A stretch of 62,182 nt of DNA, filler included, from a bacterium (GTDB lineage Bacteria; JBDRGX01): assembly GCA_043817485.1 (NCBI GenBank). It is 8 parts of 8 records of this genome, joined end to end, with 100 filler letters (N's around TTAATTAATTAA, not from the genome) between each part and the next. Parts side by side here need not be neighbours in the genome. Positions count along the whole stretch, not along the records: positions 45,281 to 53,406 come from JBDRGX010000026.1; positions 53,507 to 56,043 come from JBDRGX010000027.1; positions 56,144 to 58,880 come from JBDRGX010000028.1; positions 58,981 to 62,182 come from JBDRGX010000034.1; 4 more parts are not named here. The stretch is one strand, 5' to 3'. The position numbers were made by a program, and so were the translations under genes. Shown piece after piece: positions 51,712 through 61,297 of the stretch. The notes beneath the pieces are model-generated. The model was not told the DNA's origin, made no database searches, and worked only from the letters and a program-made list of their open reading frames with translations. Every line of letters starts with the position of its first letter. Positions within the stretch are counted from its first letter, which is position 1.

Positions 51712-52809
51712 ATGAATAAAAATATGAGAAATATTGAATTACTTATAAAACCAGTTTCTTATGATTGTAATTTAAATTGTGGATATTGTTTTTATAAATC
51801 CACGAAAAACATTTATTCAGAAAATACACCTATAATGAATGAAAATGTATTAGAAAAATTAATTCAAAAATCTTTATTTTATTCAAATGCAGGAACTGCA
51901 ATATTTTCTTGGCAGGGTGGTGAACCTTTACTTGCAGGAATCGATTTTTTTCGAAAGGTTATTGATTTTCAGAAAAAATATGGAAAATCAGGACAGATAG
52001 TAGGAAATAGCATTCAAACTAATGGAATATTATTAAATGAAGAATGGTTTAAACTTTTTAAAGAATATAATACTTTTATTGGAATAAGTTTAGATGGTAA
52101 TGAAGAGATACATAATTATTACAGAGGAAAAAGTTTTTCTAAAACAATGCAAGCAATATCTCTTTTAAAAAAAGAAAATGTAGAATTTAATATTTTAACA
52201 GTTATTAATAATTTTAATGCTAATAAATCAAAAGAAATGTATGATTTCTTTCTTCAAAATAATTTTTTTTATATACAGTTAATTCCTTGTGTTGAAAAAG
52301 ATGAAAAGGGGAATATTACATCATTTTCAATAGAATCTAAATCTTATGGAAAATTTTTATGCGAATTTTTTGATTTATGGTATAATGATGGAAAGCCAAA
52401 AATATCTGTAAGATTTTTTGATAATATTTTAGAAGTTTTAGCAGGATTAAATCCTGGTTATTGTGAATTCAAAGATACATGTGGAGATTATTTAGTAATA
52501 GAATATAATGGTGATATATACCCATGTGATTTTTTTGTAAAATCAGAATGGAAATTAGGAAATATTTTAGAAAATTCTTTTGAAGAACTTTTCAGCAAAA
52601 ATAAAATAACTTTTGGAAGTTTAAAATCAAAAGTTAATGAAACTTGTAAGAAATGTAAATGGTTTTTTATATGTAAAGGTGGTTGTTTAAAATATAGAAT
52701 GATAAATGATAATAAGTATTATGAACTTGATTATTTTTGTGATTCATATAAAGAGTTTTTTGAATATAGTCATCATAAATTAAAAAATATTTTGCAACTT
52801 AAAAAGTAA
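51712..52809 (+). CDS. Anaerobic sulfatase maturase (radical SAM/SPASM)
   Basis: LIKPVSYDCNLNCGYCFY, WQGGEP, YPCDFF, CKKCKWFFICKGGC. Confidence 0.9.
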   Translation: MNKNMRNIELLIKPVSYDCNLNCGYCFYKSTKNIYSENTPIMNENVLEKLIQKSLFYSNAGTAIFSWQGGEPLLAGIDFFRKVIDFQKKYGKSGQIVGNSIQTNGILLNEEWFKLFKEYNTFIGISLDGNEEIHNYYRGKSFSKTMQAISLLKKENVEFNILTVINNFNANKSKEMYDFFLQNNFFYIQLIPCVEKDEKGNITSFSIESKSYGKFLCEFFDLWYNDGKPKISVRFFDNILEVLAGLNPGYCEFKDTCGDYLVIEYNGDIYPCDFFVKSEWKLGNILENSFEELFSKNKITFGSLKSKVNETCKKCKWFFICKGGCLKYRMINDNKYYELDYFCDSYKEFFEYSHHKLKNILQLKK

Positions 52810-52921
52810 AATGAGTGTAACAATATGGGCAAAAGAATTAACAAGAAGGGAAGAGTACTTCTCAAAAGTATATTAAATTAAAAGTATTTAGTGCGACTAA
52901 AATAATAAATTGGGTAAAAAA

Positions 52922-53406
52922 ATGATTGAATTAAATATTATAAATACAGTAGGAATAATTTTTTCTGGATTACTAATAGGATTTCTTTCTGGATTATTTG
53001 GGGTTGGTGGTGGATTTTTAATGACACCGATACTTAGAATAATTTTTGGGATACCTTATAATTTAGCAGTAGGTAGTGACTTATTAGCAATTACTTTTAC
53101 TTCTTTATATGGTTCATTCAAACATTATAAACTCCGTCATACTAATATTTTACTTGGAATTATAATTTTAATTGGAATGTTTCCAGGAGTAGAAATAGGT
53201 GCAAGAATCTTAAATAGATTAAAATTTAGTTCTAATATATTAATAAATGGTAAAGAAATATTATTAGTAGATATTGTTTTAAACCTATGTTATTTTATAT
53301 TATTATCATTAGCAGCATTTATTATGTTAATTGAATATTTAAAATGGTCAAAAGAAAATAAAATTCCTGTTGATTTATCTACTTATAAAACAAATTATTA
53401 TTTTTT
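52922..53406 (+). CDS. TauE/SafE (TSUP) sulfite exporter family protein, 3' truncated
   Basis: GFLSGLFGVGGGFLMTP, AVGSDL. Confidence 0.88.
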
Positions 53407-53506
53407 NNNNNNNNNNNNNNNNNNNNNNNNNNNNNNNNNNNNNNNNNNNNTTAATTAATTAANNNNNNNNNNNNNNNNNNNNNNNNNNNNNNNNNNNNNN
53501 NNNNNN
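53407..53506. other. Artificial contig spacer
   Basis: N44-TTAATTAATTAA-N44. Confidence 0.98.
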
Positions 53507-53567
53507 AAAAAAAAAAAAAAAAAACCACAAAAAAAACCTAAAAGAAAATTTTTAAAAAATAAATATT

Positions 53568-54047
53568 ATGGAAGAAAAAAACCCAATAAAAATAAATCCC
53601 GATATAATAAAAAAGAAGTATGATAAAATAAAACCTTTTTTTGATAAAAATAATAAATTCAAAATAGCAATGCATTTAACTTATCATTATTATTCAGATA
53701 GTTATTGTTGTCATTGTAGAACCAAAAAGAAAAGTATATCCGAAGTAGTAATAGCATATCCTGTTCAAAAAAAGAGAAAATCATATAAAATATATAAGAA
53801 TTCCGAGTATTCAAAGAAAGATTTATCAATTTGGGAAAAACTTAATAATATTAATAATAATTTTGATACTACAAATAATATAAATTTAAAATCATTTAGG
53901 TTTTGTGTTTATGGAAAATGTTTAGAATGTGGAAAAAACATTTGTTGTATAATTCCAAAAGGAAGTTTTGAACAGCTGACAGGAGTCGAGATAGAACAAT
54001 TGAAAAACGCTTATGAAAGTTTCATGCTAGATAAGGGGAAGTATTAA
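53568..54047 (+). CDS. Cys-rich zinc-ribbon protein (DUF5679-like)
   Basis: YCCHCR...GKCLECGK, two CxxC knuckles. Confidence 0.55.
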   Translation: MEEKNPIKINPDIIKKKYDKIKPFFDKNNKFKIAMHLTYHYYSDSYCCHCRTKKKSISEVVIAYPVQKKRKSYKIYKNSEYSKKDLSIWEKLNNINNNFDTTNNINLKSFRFCVYGKCLECGKNICCIIPKGSFEQLTGVEIEQLKNAYESFMLDKGKY

Positions 54048-54123
54048 ATTGTTTTTTTTTTTTTTTTTTTTTTTTAATAAATTTTTTTTCTCATTCTAAA
54101 CATAAAAATATTAAAAAAATTCT

Positions 54124-55161
54124 ATGAAAACTTTAGAATGGCAAAATCCAAAATTTCAACAGGATATTTCACAAACACCAAGTCAAAATTTAAATAATGA
54201 GAATAATTATTTATATCTCAACAATCAAATTGCTTCAAATATATTTGGAATAAGAAATGAAGACAAATTTTTCAAATTCCCTAGAATATTGAATAAATGG
54301 GACCCTAGAAGAATTAACCCTAATTCTTTCATTTTAGTAATGGGAATGAGAGGTTCCGGTAAAACAGTTTTCGCAGATTGGATGATATTAAAAAATAGAG
54401 ATAAATGGCCCTTTGTGTATGTTTTTACTAAAACTGAATTTAATAAATTCTGGAAATCCAGAGTTCCTGAAAAATTTGTTTTCAAAGGTTTTCTTAGAGA
54501 TAAATTAGAAGAAATAATAAGTCACCAGAAAAAACTAATTGGAAATGATAATAAAATAGTTTTAGGAGGTCAATTATATGAAGTTAATCCTCATATATTA
54601 ATTATTTTAGATGATATTATAAGTGATGATATTTGGAATGATCCAATTTTAAAACAATTAGCAGTAGAAGGGAGACATATAAAAATATGTGTCGTTTTAA
54701 ATATACAATATATAGTAGCAGTTACAACTATGATAAGGGAAAACGCTGATTTTGTTATATCTTTTATCCAATTTTCTAAGAGAGCAATTGAATATTTAGC
54801 TAATGATTTCTTGGGACCAGTCAATTTTAATGAAGCTCAAAGAGGAATTATCGATAATTTACAAGATAATGTTAATAGAAAACATCAGGCTGTAATAATT
54901 GAAAGAAATATGAATACAGAAAGGAATTATGCAGAATTTATATATATATGTAAAGCTATAGATTTAACAAAAAATTTAGAAGGTGAGTTAATTCTTGGAA
55001 GTATTATTCAAGAAGAATTAAATAAAATTATGAAAGAAAAGGAACACATAGTTGGTGAAAACTATGCAGATGATAAGAAAATTTCCAAAGAAGATTTAGA
55101 AAAATCGTCTTTTAAATCTTTTACGGAGAAGTTAAAAAATCCGAAATTATTATTTTCTTAA
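54124..55161 (+). CDS. A32-like (FtsK/HerA superfamily) viral genome-packaging ATPase
   Basis: Walker A GMRGSGKT, Walker B LIILDD, A32-type GRHIKICVVLNIQY and IRENAD. Confidence 0.85.
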   Translation: MKTLEWQNPKFQQDISQTPSQNLNNENNYLYLNNQIASNIFGIRNEDKFFKFPRILNKWDPRRINPNSFILVMGMRGSGKTVFADWMILKNRDKWPFVYVFTKTEFNKFWKSRVPEKFVFKGFLRDKLEEIISHQKKLIGNDNKIVLGGQLYEVNPHILIILDDIISDDIWNDPILKQLAVEGRHIKICVVLNIQYIVAVTTMIRENADFVISFIQFSKRAIEYLANDFLGPVNFNEAQRGIIDNLQDNVNRKHQAVIIERNMNTERNYAEFIYICKAIDLTKNLEGELILGSIIQEELNKIMKEKEHIVGENYADDKKISKEDLEKSSFKSFTEKLKNPKLLFS

Positions 55162-55240
55162 ATAAAAAATTTAATAGGAAATACAAACCTAAATAAATTT
55201 TTGTTGTTTTTATTTTTTTTTTTTCTAAATATTTAAATTT

Positions 55241-55441
55241 ATGGGACTCGGAGGATCAAAAAATCCTATTTCAAGTATTTTAAGTTTACCAGGACAAATA
55301 GCGACAGATATTCAATATTTTATATATATTGGTTTTGCAGTAGTTATTTTAATAGCAGTTGGAATATTTATTTATTTAATAAAAGCTAAAGGAAGTTTAG
55401 TGAGTTTATCACCAGGCTCTCCATTACCTATATCACTTTAA
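55241..55441 (+). CDS. Small membrane protein with N-myristoylation consensus
   Basis: MGLGGSK fits G2/S6/K7; single TM YFIYIGFAVVILIAVGIFIYLI. Confidence 0.6.
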   Translation: MGLGGSKNPISSILSLPGQIATDIQYFIYIGFAVVILIAVGIFIYLIKAKGSLVSLSPGSPLPISL

Positions 55442-55444
55442 AAT

Positions 55445-56035
55445 ATGAATACATTTTGTTTATCAATAGATCCAGGATTAATAAATTTTGGAATTGGAAT
55501 ATTTGCTGTTTTAGACGGAGAGCAGCAAATATCAATAATAAAGAAAGGAAATTATAATTTGTATTATATTCATAAAAGAAAATTAGATGTACATAAATTA
55601 AATCAAATATTAAAAAAATATGTAACTCGTCTTAATGATGAATTGGAATTATCTATTTCTTTAGGGAAAAATTGTTTAGTTTATATAATTATAGAGAATC
55701 AAATGGCTAATAATTTTAAAGTAAAGAGTGTTTTTGATATTTGTCTTGGATATTTATTTCATTATAAATTAATTACTGAAAAAAATAATCTAAATAATGA
55801 TAAATTTATAATATTATTTGAAGATATAAAAGATTGGATTTTTAATCCTAAATTATTTAAAACGTTAATAGAAATTAATCAAAAAAAAAATAGGACTGCA
55901 AGAATTAATTTTGTAAATAGAATTTTTAATAATAGACAAATATTTACTGATGATCATACAGCTGACTGTTTAATAATGTTTTTAGTTAAAATTGGATATT
56001 TCGAAGATTTTGTAAATAATTTTTATCATTTATAA
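55445..56035 (+). CDS. RuvC-like Holliday junction resolvase (poxvirus A22-like)
   Basis: LSIDPGLINFG, IIIENQ, DDHTAD acidic catalytic set. Confidence 0.75.
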   Translation: MNTFCLSIDPGLINFGIGIFAVLDGEQQISIIKKGNYNLYYIHKRKLDVHKLNQILKKYVTRLNDELELSISLGKNCLVYIIIENQMANNFKVKSVFDICLGYLFHYKLITEKNNLNNDKFIILFEDIKDWIFNPKLFKTLIEINQKKNRTARINFVNRIFNNRQIFTDDHTADCLIMFLVKIGYFEDFVNNFYHL

Positions 56036-56043
56036 ATAAAGAT

Positions 56044-56143
56044 NNNNNNNNNNNNNNNNNNNNNNNNNNNNNNNNNNNNNNNNNNNNTTAATTAATTAAN
56101 NNNNNNNNNNNNNNNNNNNNNNNNNNNNNNNNNNNNNNNNNNN
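56044..56143. other. Artificial contig spacer
   Basis: N44-TTAATTAATTAA-N44. Confidence 0.98.
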
Positions 56144-56224
56144 TGGCAAAACTATCCCATATATAGTATTTATTGCTAATATTGGCACAACATGTTGTAT
56201 ACTTCTCATGCCAAATTTCTATTG

Positions 56225-56425
56225 CGACACAGTCTCATGAATTGCCCTTACAAACAGGCGAATGGCGTTCGCCTTTACCAAAAAAGAATATTGAAATTTT
56301 GGATTTTAGTTTGGGGATTGTGGAATATTGTATTTTTAATTTAAAATCATAAACATTTCAATTCGTTCCATAGGAACGAAATATTGGTAAAAACGAAACA
56401 AATTCGAATGACCAAAATTCAAAAC
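56225..56425. repeat. REP-like hairpins and heptamer tracts
   Basis: GGCGAATGGCGTTCGCC; TTCGTTCCATAGGAACGAA; inverted copy of 21819-21841. Confidence 0.55.
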
Positions 56426-56486
56426 ATTGTTAAATAAAAATATTTTACTATAAATTAAAGTAATTTTTAAATCTTAATTACTAAAT

Positions 56487-57470
56487 ATGTTAAATCACAA
56501 TTATTTTATAAATTTAAGTTCAGGTTATCAAATTTCATCTGTAATTTTTACAGCTATTCAATTAGATATTTTTACTTTTCTTGAAAAAAAGTCCATTTCT
56601 GCAAAAACAATATCTTGTCATTTAAAAATACCAAATTCATCTTTAAAAAGATTTTTGGATGTTTTAATTTTTTTAAATTTACTTTTATTCAAAAATGGAA
56701 AATATTCTTTAACTTCTATTTCTTCAAAGTATTTGGTAAAAAATAGTCCATTTTATATGGGTAATTTTATTCATCATCGTTTTAATCTTATTTCTGATTG
56801 GCAAAATTTGTTAGTAAGTTTAAATACAAATAAACCAATAACTTTTACTTCAAAACATCAAAAACAATTTTCTCATAGACTTAATGATTATCTTTTAGCA
56901 ATGAAAGATATTGCTAAAATAAAAAGTAATTTTATTCTAAAAAAAATTGATTTGAGTAAATATAATTCTTTACTTGAATTAGGAAGTGGGTTAGGAGAAT
57001 ATAGTATTGCTTTTAATGAAAAATATCCTCATCTTAAAATAACTCTTTTTGATTTGCCAAAAGTAATAAAAAAAGCAAAGAAATATATTTCAAAAAAATA
57101 TATTTCTTTATCATCAATAAATTTTCAATCTGGAAATTGTTTAATTGATTTTTTAGGAAAAGAAAAATATGATGTAATTTTTGTTTCTAATCTTATTCAT
57201 ATTTATTCTGAAAAAGAAAATCAAAAAATTATTAAAAAATGTTTTACAGCATTAAAAAAACATGGCATTATTATCATTCATGATTTTATTAAAGAAATTA
57301 ATATTTATTCTTTTCTTTTTGATTTAAATATGCTTTTAGGAACTGTAAATGGAAAAGTTTATACTAAAGAAGAAATTAAAAATCTTTTAAAAAAATCTAA
57401 TTTTAAAAAAATTAAAATTGATTTTATAGATAAAAAAAGTTCTGCTATATTTGTAGGAGTAAAAGAATGA
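56487..57470 (+). CDS. SAM-dependent O-methyltransferase with dimerisation domain (candidate BzaC-like)
   Basis: SSVIFTAIQLDIF, LLELGSGLG, LFDLP, SNLIHIY, IIHDF; overlaps cobT start. Confidence 0.85.
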   Translation: MLNHNYFINLSSGYQISSVIFTAIQLDIFTFLEKKSISAKTISCHLKIPNSSLKRFLDVLIFLNLLLFKNGKYSLTSISSKYLVKNSPFYMGNFIHHRFNLISDWQNLLVSLNTNKPITFTSKHQKQFSHRLNDYLLAMKDIAKIKSNFILKKIDLSKYNSLLELGSGLGEYSIAFNEKYPHLKITLFDLPKVIKKAKKYISKKYISLSSINFQSGNCLIDFLGKEKYDVIFVSNLIHIYSEKENQKIIKKCFTALKKHGIIIIHDFIKEINIYSFLFDLNMLLGTVNGKVYTKEEIKNLLKKSNFKKIKIDFIDKKSSAIFVGVKE

Positions 57471-58540
57471 AAAAAATTTTAAATATAATTACACAAATAA
57501 AACCATTAGATAAAAAAATAATGCAAATGGCTAAAAAACATAATGAAAATTTAGCTATTCCTAAATGGAGTTTAGGCAAATTACAAAAATTATCTATTAA
57601 AATCGCTGGTATTCAAAAAAAAAATCCATTAAAATCAAAAAATAAAGTAATTGCTATTATGGCAGGGGATCATGGAGTTGTTCAAGAAAATATTAGTTTA
57701 TTTCCACAAGAAGTTACTACTCAAATGGTTTATAATTTTTTAAAAGGAAATGCAAGCATAAATGTATTGGCTCAACATAGTAAAATTAAAATTATTGTAG
57801 TTGATATGGGAATTGCAAAAAAAATAAAACAAAATATAAAATCTCCTTATCAATTTATTGATAAAAAAATAGGAAATGGAACTTTTAATATCAGTAAAAG
57901 ATCTGCAATGAGTAAAAAACAAGCTATTGATTCTATTCAAACTGGAATTGAAATTTTTGAAAAATATTATTCTTCTGGTATTGATATAATTGGAACAGGT
58001 GATATGGGAATTGGCAATACTACTTCAAGTGCTGCAATTGCTTGTGTAATTATCAATCAAAGTCCAAAAGTTATTGTAGGAAGAGGTACTGGTTTATCTA
58101 ATTTAGGATTAGAAAATAAAATAAAAGTAGTTGAAAAATCTATTAAAATAAATAACCCAGATTCTAATGATCCTATTGATATTTTATCTAAATTAGGTGG
58201 ATTTGAAATAGGTGGTTTAGTAGGTTGGATTTTAGCAGCAAGTGCTTATAATGTTCCTATAGTAATTGATGGATTTATTTCTACAGCAGCATCTCTTATT
58301 GCAACAAAATTTTGCCCTTATGTAAAAGATTATTTAATTGCTGCTCATAAATCAAAAGAAAAAGGACATAATTTAATGCTTAAATATTTAAAATTAAATC
58401 CTTTATTAAACCTTAATATGCGTTTAGGAGAAGGTACTGGAGCAGCATTAGGAATTTTTCTTGTTGAAGCAGCTATTAAAATATTTAATGAAGTAAGTAC
58501 TTTTGAACAATCTAAAGTAACAAAAAATAAAGAAAGTTAG
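57467..58540 (+). CDS. cobT: Nicotinate-nucleotide-dimethylbenzimidazole phosphoribosyltransferase
   Basis: MAGDHGV, GDMGIGNTT, GRGTG, GGFEIGG, IDGFIS, MRLGEGTGA. Confidence 0.96.
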   Translation: MKKILNIITQIKPLDKKIMQMAKKHNENLAIPKWSLGKLQKLSIKIAGIQKKNPLKSKNKVIAIMAGDHGVVQENISLFPQEVTTQMVYNFLKGNASINVLAQHSKIKIIVVDMGIAKKIKQNIKSPYQFIDKKIGNGTFNISKRSAMSKKQAIDSIQTGIEIFEKYYSSGIDIIGTGDMGIGNTTSSAAIACVIINQSPKVIVGRGTGLSNLGLENKIKVVEKSIKINNPDSNDPIDILSKLGGFEIGGLVGWILAASAYNVPIVIDGFISTAASLIATKFCPYVKDYLIAAHKSKEKGHNLMLKYLKLNPLLNLNMRLGEGTGAALGIFLVEAAIKIFNEVSTFEQSKVTKNKES

Positions 58541-58617
58541 TTTATTAAAATAAAAAAAAGTTTTTATTAATTTTAAAATGTATAACATTATTAAGTTGAA
58601 TATTTAATAAGAAAAAC

Positions 58618-58646
58618 TTGACTTTTAAAAAAAATTAAATTAAAAT
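58618..58646 (+). promoter_or_regulatory. Sigma70 promoter of tRNA-Gln
   Basis: TTGACT-17 nt-TAAAAT. Confidence 0.65.
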
Positions 58647-58663
58647 TTTCAACAAAGTTGTAT

Positions 58664-58738
58664 TGGGGCGTAGCCAAATGGCAAGGCAGTGGCCTTTGGA
58701 GCCATTATTTGAAGGTTCGAATCCTTCCGCCCCAGCCA
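58664..58738 (+). tRNA. tRNA-Gln (UUG)
   Basis: Acceptor TGGGGCG/CGCCCCA, anticodon arm GTGGC-CTTTGGA-GCCAT, GGTTCGAATCC T-arm, encoded CCA. Confidence 0.96.
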
Positions 58739-58831
58739 AAAATATTACTTTTTTGAATAATTCTTTTTAATTTTAAATTAATATAAAATACCAATATTTT
58801 TATTATTAAATTTTAATAATAAGGAATAAAA

Positions 58832-58880
58832 ATGAGCTATGAACATTTTTATGGTTTAAAAGAACAACCATTTTCTAATG
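58832..58880 (+). CDS. N-terminus of ExeA-like AAA ATPase, truncated
   Basis: MSYEHFYGLKEQPFSN behind AAGGA RBS. Confidence 0.65.
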
Positions 58881-58980
58881 NNNNNNNNNNNNNNNNNNNN
58901 NNNNNNNNNNNNNNNNNNNNNNNNTTAATTAATTAANNNNNNNNNNNNNNNNNNNNNNNNNNNNNNNNNNNNNNNNNNNN
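58881..58980. other. Artificial contig spacer
   Basis: N44-TTAATTAATTAA-N44. Confidence 0.98.
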
Positions 58981-59406
58981 GTATGGGCTAAGTTTAAATT
59001 CATGGTTTTTTTCATAAGGAAATCTGTGTGCGGTATCGAGAAGTATCAATGATTTAGGCATTTGCTCATATACTTCACAAAAATTTAAGGCAATCATGCC
59101 ACCTAAACTATGCCCAATAATACTAAATTCTTTAATTTTTTCTTTCTTCAAAATATTGTTTATATCTTCACTAAATTTATGTATATCATATTTTTCTTTT
59201 TCAACTGGACAATCTGATAACCCATGTCCTCTTAAATCAGGAACAATATAAGAATAACCTTTTTCTGCAAAAAAATCCATTTCTTGATGCCAAACAGTCC
59301 AATTAGCACCAATTCCATGCAAAAAAATTAAAGTATGGGGATTACTATTTTCTTTATGAATATAATAAATATTTGTTCCATCTAATGATTGTATGCTTTT
59401 TTCCAT
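58981..59406 (-). CDS. Alpha/beta hydrolase, 3' truncated
   Basis: FLHG, DLRGHGLS, GHSLGG. Confidence 0.9.
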
Positions 59407-59480
59407 TGTATCTAATATCTATTATCTTGATTTATATAGTTTTTGACAATGGGGTATGTTTTAATGATTTTCTAGTAAAT

Positions 59481-59496
59481 GCCAAAAGTATAAATA
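59481..59496 (+). promoter_or_regulatory. Archaeal-type BRE-TATA promoter, leaderless
   Basis: CCAAAAG-TATAAATA ending about 22 nt before ATG 59519; similar boxes at about 59430-59446 (minus) and 61260-61274. Confidence 0.6.
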
Positions 59497-59518
59497 GGAG
59501 CATTCTTAACTATATCTT

Positions 59519-60133
59519 ATGCTCAAAAAGATCTCAACTAAAATTTGGAAATTGGGTTTAGATTCAAATCTATATTTTTTAGATTTTGATCAAAAGATAA
59601 TTATTGATGCGGGAGATAGAACTAAATCAAGTGTTTTGAAGATGCTGTTACCAAAAATAATTGCCTTGGATAAAGTAGAAAAGGTTATTTTTACGCATAT
59701 GCATTATGACCACATTGGAAATGCAGATCTGTTTCCAAATGCTGATTTTTTTGCATCAAAACAAGAAATAAAAGATTTTCATGAAGAACCAGAACTTACT
59801 GTTTTAAATGCTGAGATATTAGCAAGAATGAAATTTTTAAATGAAAAATTAAAGCCAGTTGTGAACATGAATGGTTTACGAATTATTAATACTCCTGGTC
59901 ATACTCGTGGTAGTATTTGTCTTTGGTATGAACAAGACAAAGTTTTATTTACGGGAGATACATATTTTGGTGGAAATATTGAAACAGGAATTGATTTATG
60001 TATTGGAAGAACAGATTTGCCAACGTCAATATCAGAAGAAATGAAAAAAAGTTTAGGAAAAATAGAAAAAATAAAAAAAGAAAACAAAGAAATTAAAATT
60101 TGTTCTGGACATGATTATTGTGGCGCAGATTGA
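59519..60133 (+). CDS. MBL-fold metallo-hydrolase
   Basis: THMHYDHIG, TPGHTRGS, FTGD, GRTDLP, SGHDY. Confidence 0.9.
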   Translation: MLKKISTKIWKLGLDSNLYFLDFDQKIIIDAGDRTKSSVLKMLLPKIIALDKVEKVIFTHMHYDHIGNADLFPNADFFASKQEIKDFHEEPELTVLNAEILARMKFLNEKLKPVVNMNGLRIINTPGHTRGSICLWYEQDKVLFTGDTYFGGNIETGIDLCIGRTDLPTSISEEMKKSLGKIEKIKKENKEIKICSGHDYCGAD

Positions 60134-60151
60134 TATTCTTTTTAAAATAAA

Positions 60152-61261
60152 ATGGTAAAAAAAATACAAAAAACAAAATATTTCTCTTATAAACTTGGAG
60201 AATTAGCAAATGGATGTAAGCAATGTGTTAAAGGTGAAAAAACAGTTTTATTAATCACTGGTTTATGTAGCAAAAATTGCTTTTTTTGTCCAATTAGTGA
60301 TCAAAAGAAAAATAAAGATGTGATTTATTTTAATGAATGGCCATCTCGACAAATTACTGATCTGTTCTCAGAAATAGCTTCCTGTAATAGTAAGGGTGTC
60401 GGAATTACTGGTGGCGATCCATTAATGAAATTAGAACGAACAGTTCAGTTTATTAAAGCATTAAAAAAAATGTTTGGAAAGAAATTTCACATTCATTTAT
60501 ACACCCCTTTAGAACTTGTTGATGAAATAAAATTAAAAAAATTATTTAATGCAGGTTTAGATGAAATTAGATTTCATTTAAATATTTATAATCCTAAATT
60601 TTGGAAAAAAATAGATTTTGCAAGAAAATATAAGTGGGATATTGGTGTTGAAGTTCCAGTAATTCCTGGCATTGAAAAAAATTATAAAAACATGATTGAT
60701 TTTCTTTGTGATAGTGATAAAAATACTTCTAAAATAAAATTCTTAAATTTAAATGAACTAGAAATTAGCGATACAAATGCTTGTAAACTCGTCGAGAGAG
60801 GGTTTAAAGCAAAAGATAAATATAGTTATGGTATTAAGGGTAGTGAAGAATTAGCTAAAAAACTTTTAAAATATATTTTTACAAAAAATTATAAATTAAA
60901 TGTTCATTATTGCTCTTGTAAATTAAAAGATAATGTTCAATTAAGAAATAGAATTAAAAAAAGATCAAAAAATGCTGCAAAAGCATATGATGTTGTTGAT
61001 GAAGACGGAATGTTGATTAGGGGTGCAGTTTATTTTACCCAAAATTCTGATTTAAAAAGGATAATTTCAGTTCTAAAAGAAAATAATGTTCCAAAAAAAT
61101 ATTATCAGCTAGATGAAAAAAGAAAAAGATTGCTAACAACAACTGTTGTTGTTGATAAATTAGCAAAAGAATTTAAAAAGATTTCTAAATTAGTAAAAAT
61201 TGCAATTGTTACGGAATATCCCACTTTTGATTGTTTAAATGTTGAAAAAGAATTTTTGTGA
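60152..61261 (+). CDS. Radical SAM protein of the archaeal COG2108-like family
   Basis: GCKQCVKGEK, CSKNCFFC, GITGGDP, FHIHLYT, GLDEIRFH, NLNELE, HYCS..KD..QLRNR. Confidence 0.85.
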   Translation: MVKKIQKTKYFSYKLGELANGCKQCVKGEKTVLLITGLCSKNCFFCPISDQKKNKDVIYFNEWPSRQITDLFSEIASCNSKGVGITGGDPLMKLERTVQFIKALKKMFGKKFHIHLYTPLELVDEIKLKKLFNAGLDEIRFHLNIYNPKFWKKIDFARKYKWDIGVEVPVIPGIEKNYKNMIDFLCDSDKNTSKIKFLNLNELEISDTNACKLVERGFKAKDKYSYGIKGSEELAKKLLKYIFTKNYKLNVHYCSCKLKDNVQLRNRIKKRSKNAAKAYDVVDEDGMLIRGAVYFTQNSDLKRIISVLKENNVPKKYYQLDEKRKRLLTTTVVVDKLAKEFKKISKLVKIAIVTEYPTFDCLNVEKEFL

Positions 61262-61297
61262 AAAGATTTTTAAACTCTATTGGTTTTTAATATTTTA

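Larger units (their letters stand above)
53507..56043 (+). mobile_element. Fragment of a eukaryotic dsDNA virus or endogenous viral element (Nucleocytoviricota/Polinton-like)
   Basis: A32-type ATPase plus A22-like resolvase plus MGxxxS membrane protein; long poly(A)/poly(T) intergenic tracts; no Shine-Dalgarno sites. Confidence 0.75.

Noticed and set aside
51712-52809. SPASM radical SAM as a RiPP maturase
   Set aside because: Motifs match anaerobic sulfatase maturases, a TauE gene follows, and no precursor peptide is visible nearby.
55445-56035. RuvC-fold ORF as TnpB/Cas12/Fanzor-like nuclease
   Set aside because: Only 196 aa with no zinc finger or REC/WED region; motif spacing fits a stand-alone A22/RuvC resolvase.
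19200-58980. Seven identical TTAATTAATTAA motifs flanked by N runs, resembling a regular repeat array
   Set aside because: Artificial six-frame-stop linkers joining contigs. ORF tails ending in X..LIN and adjacencies across them are artefacts.
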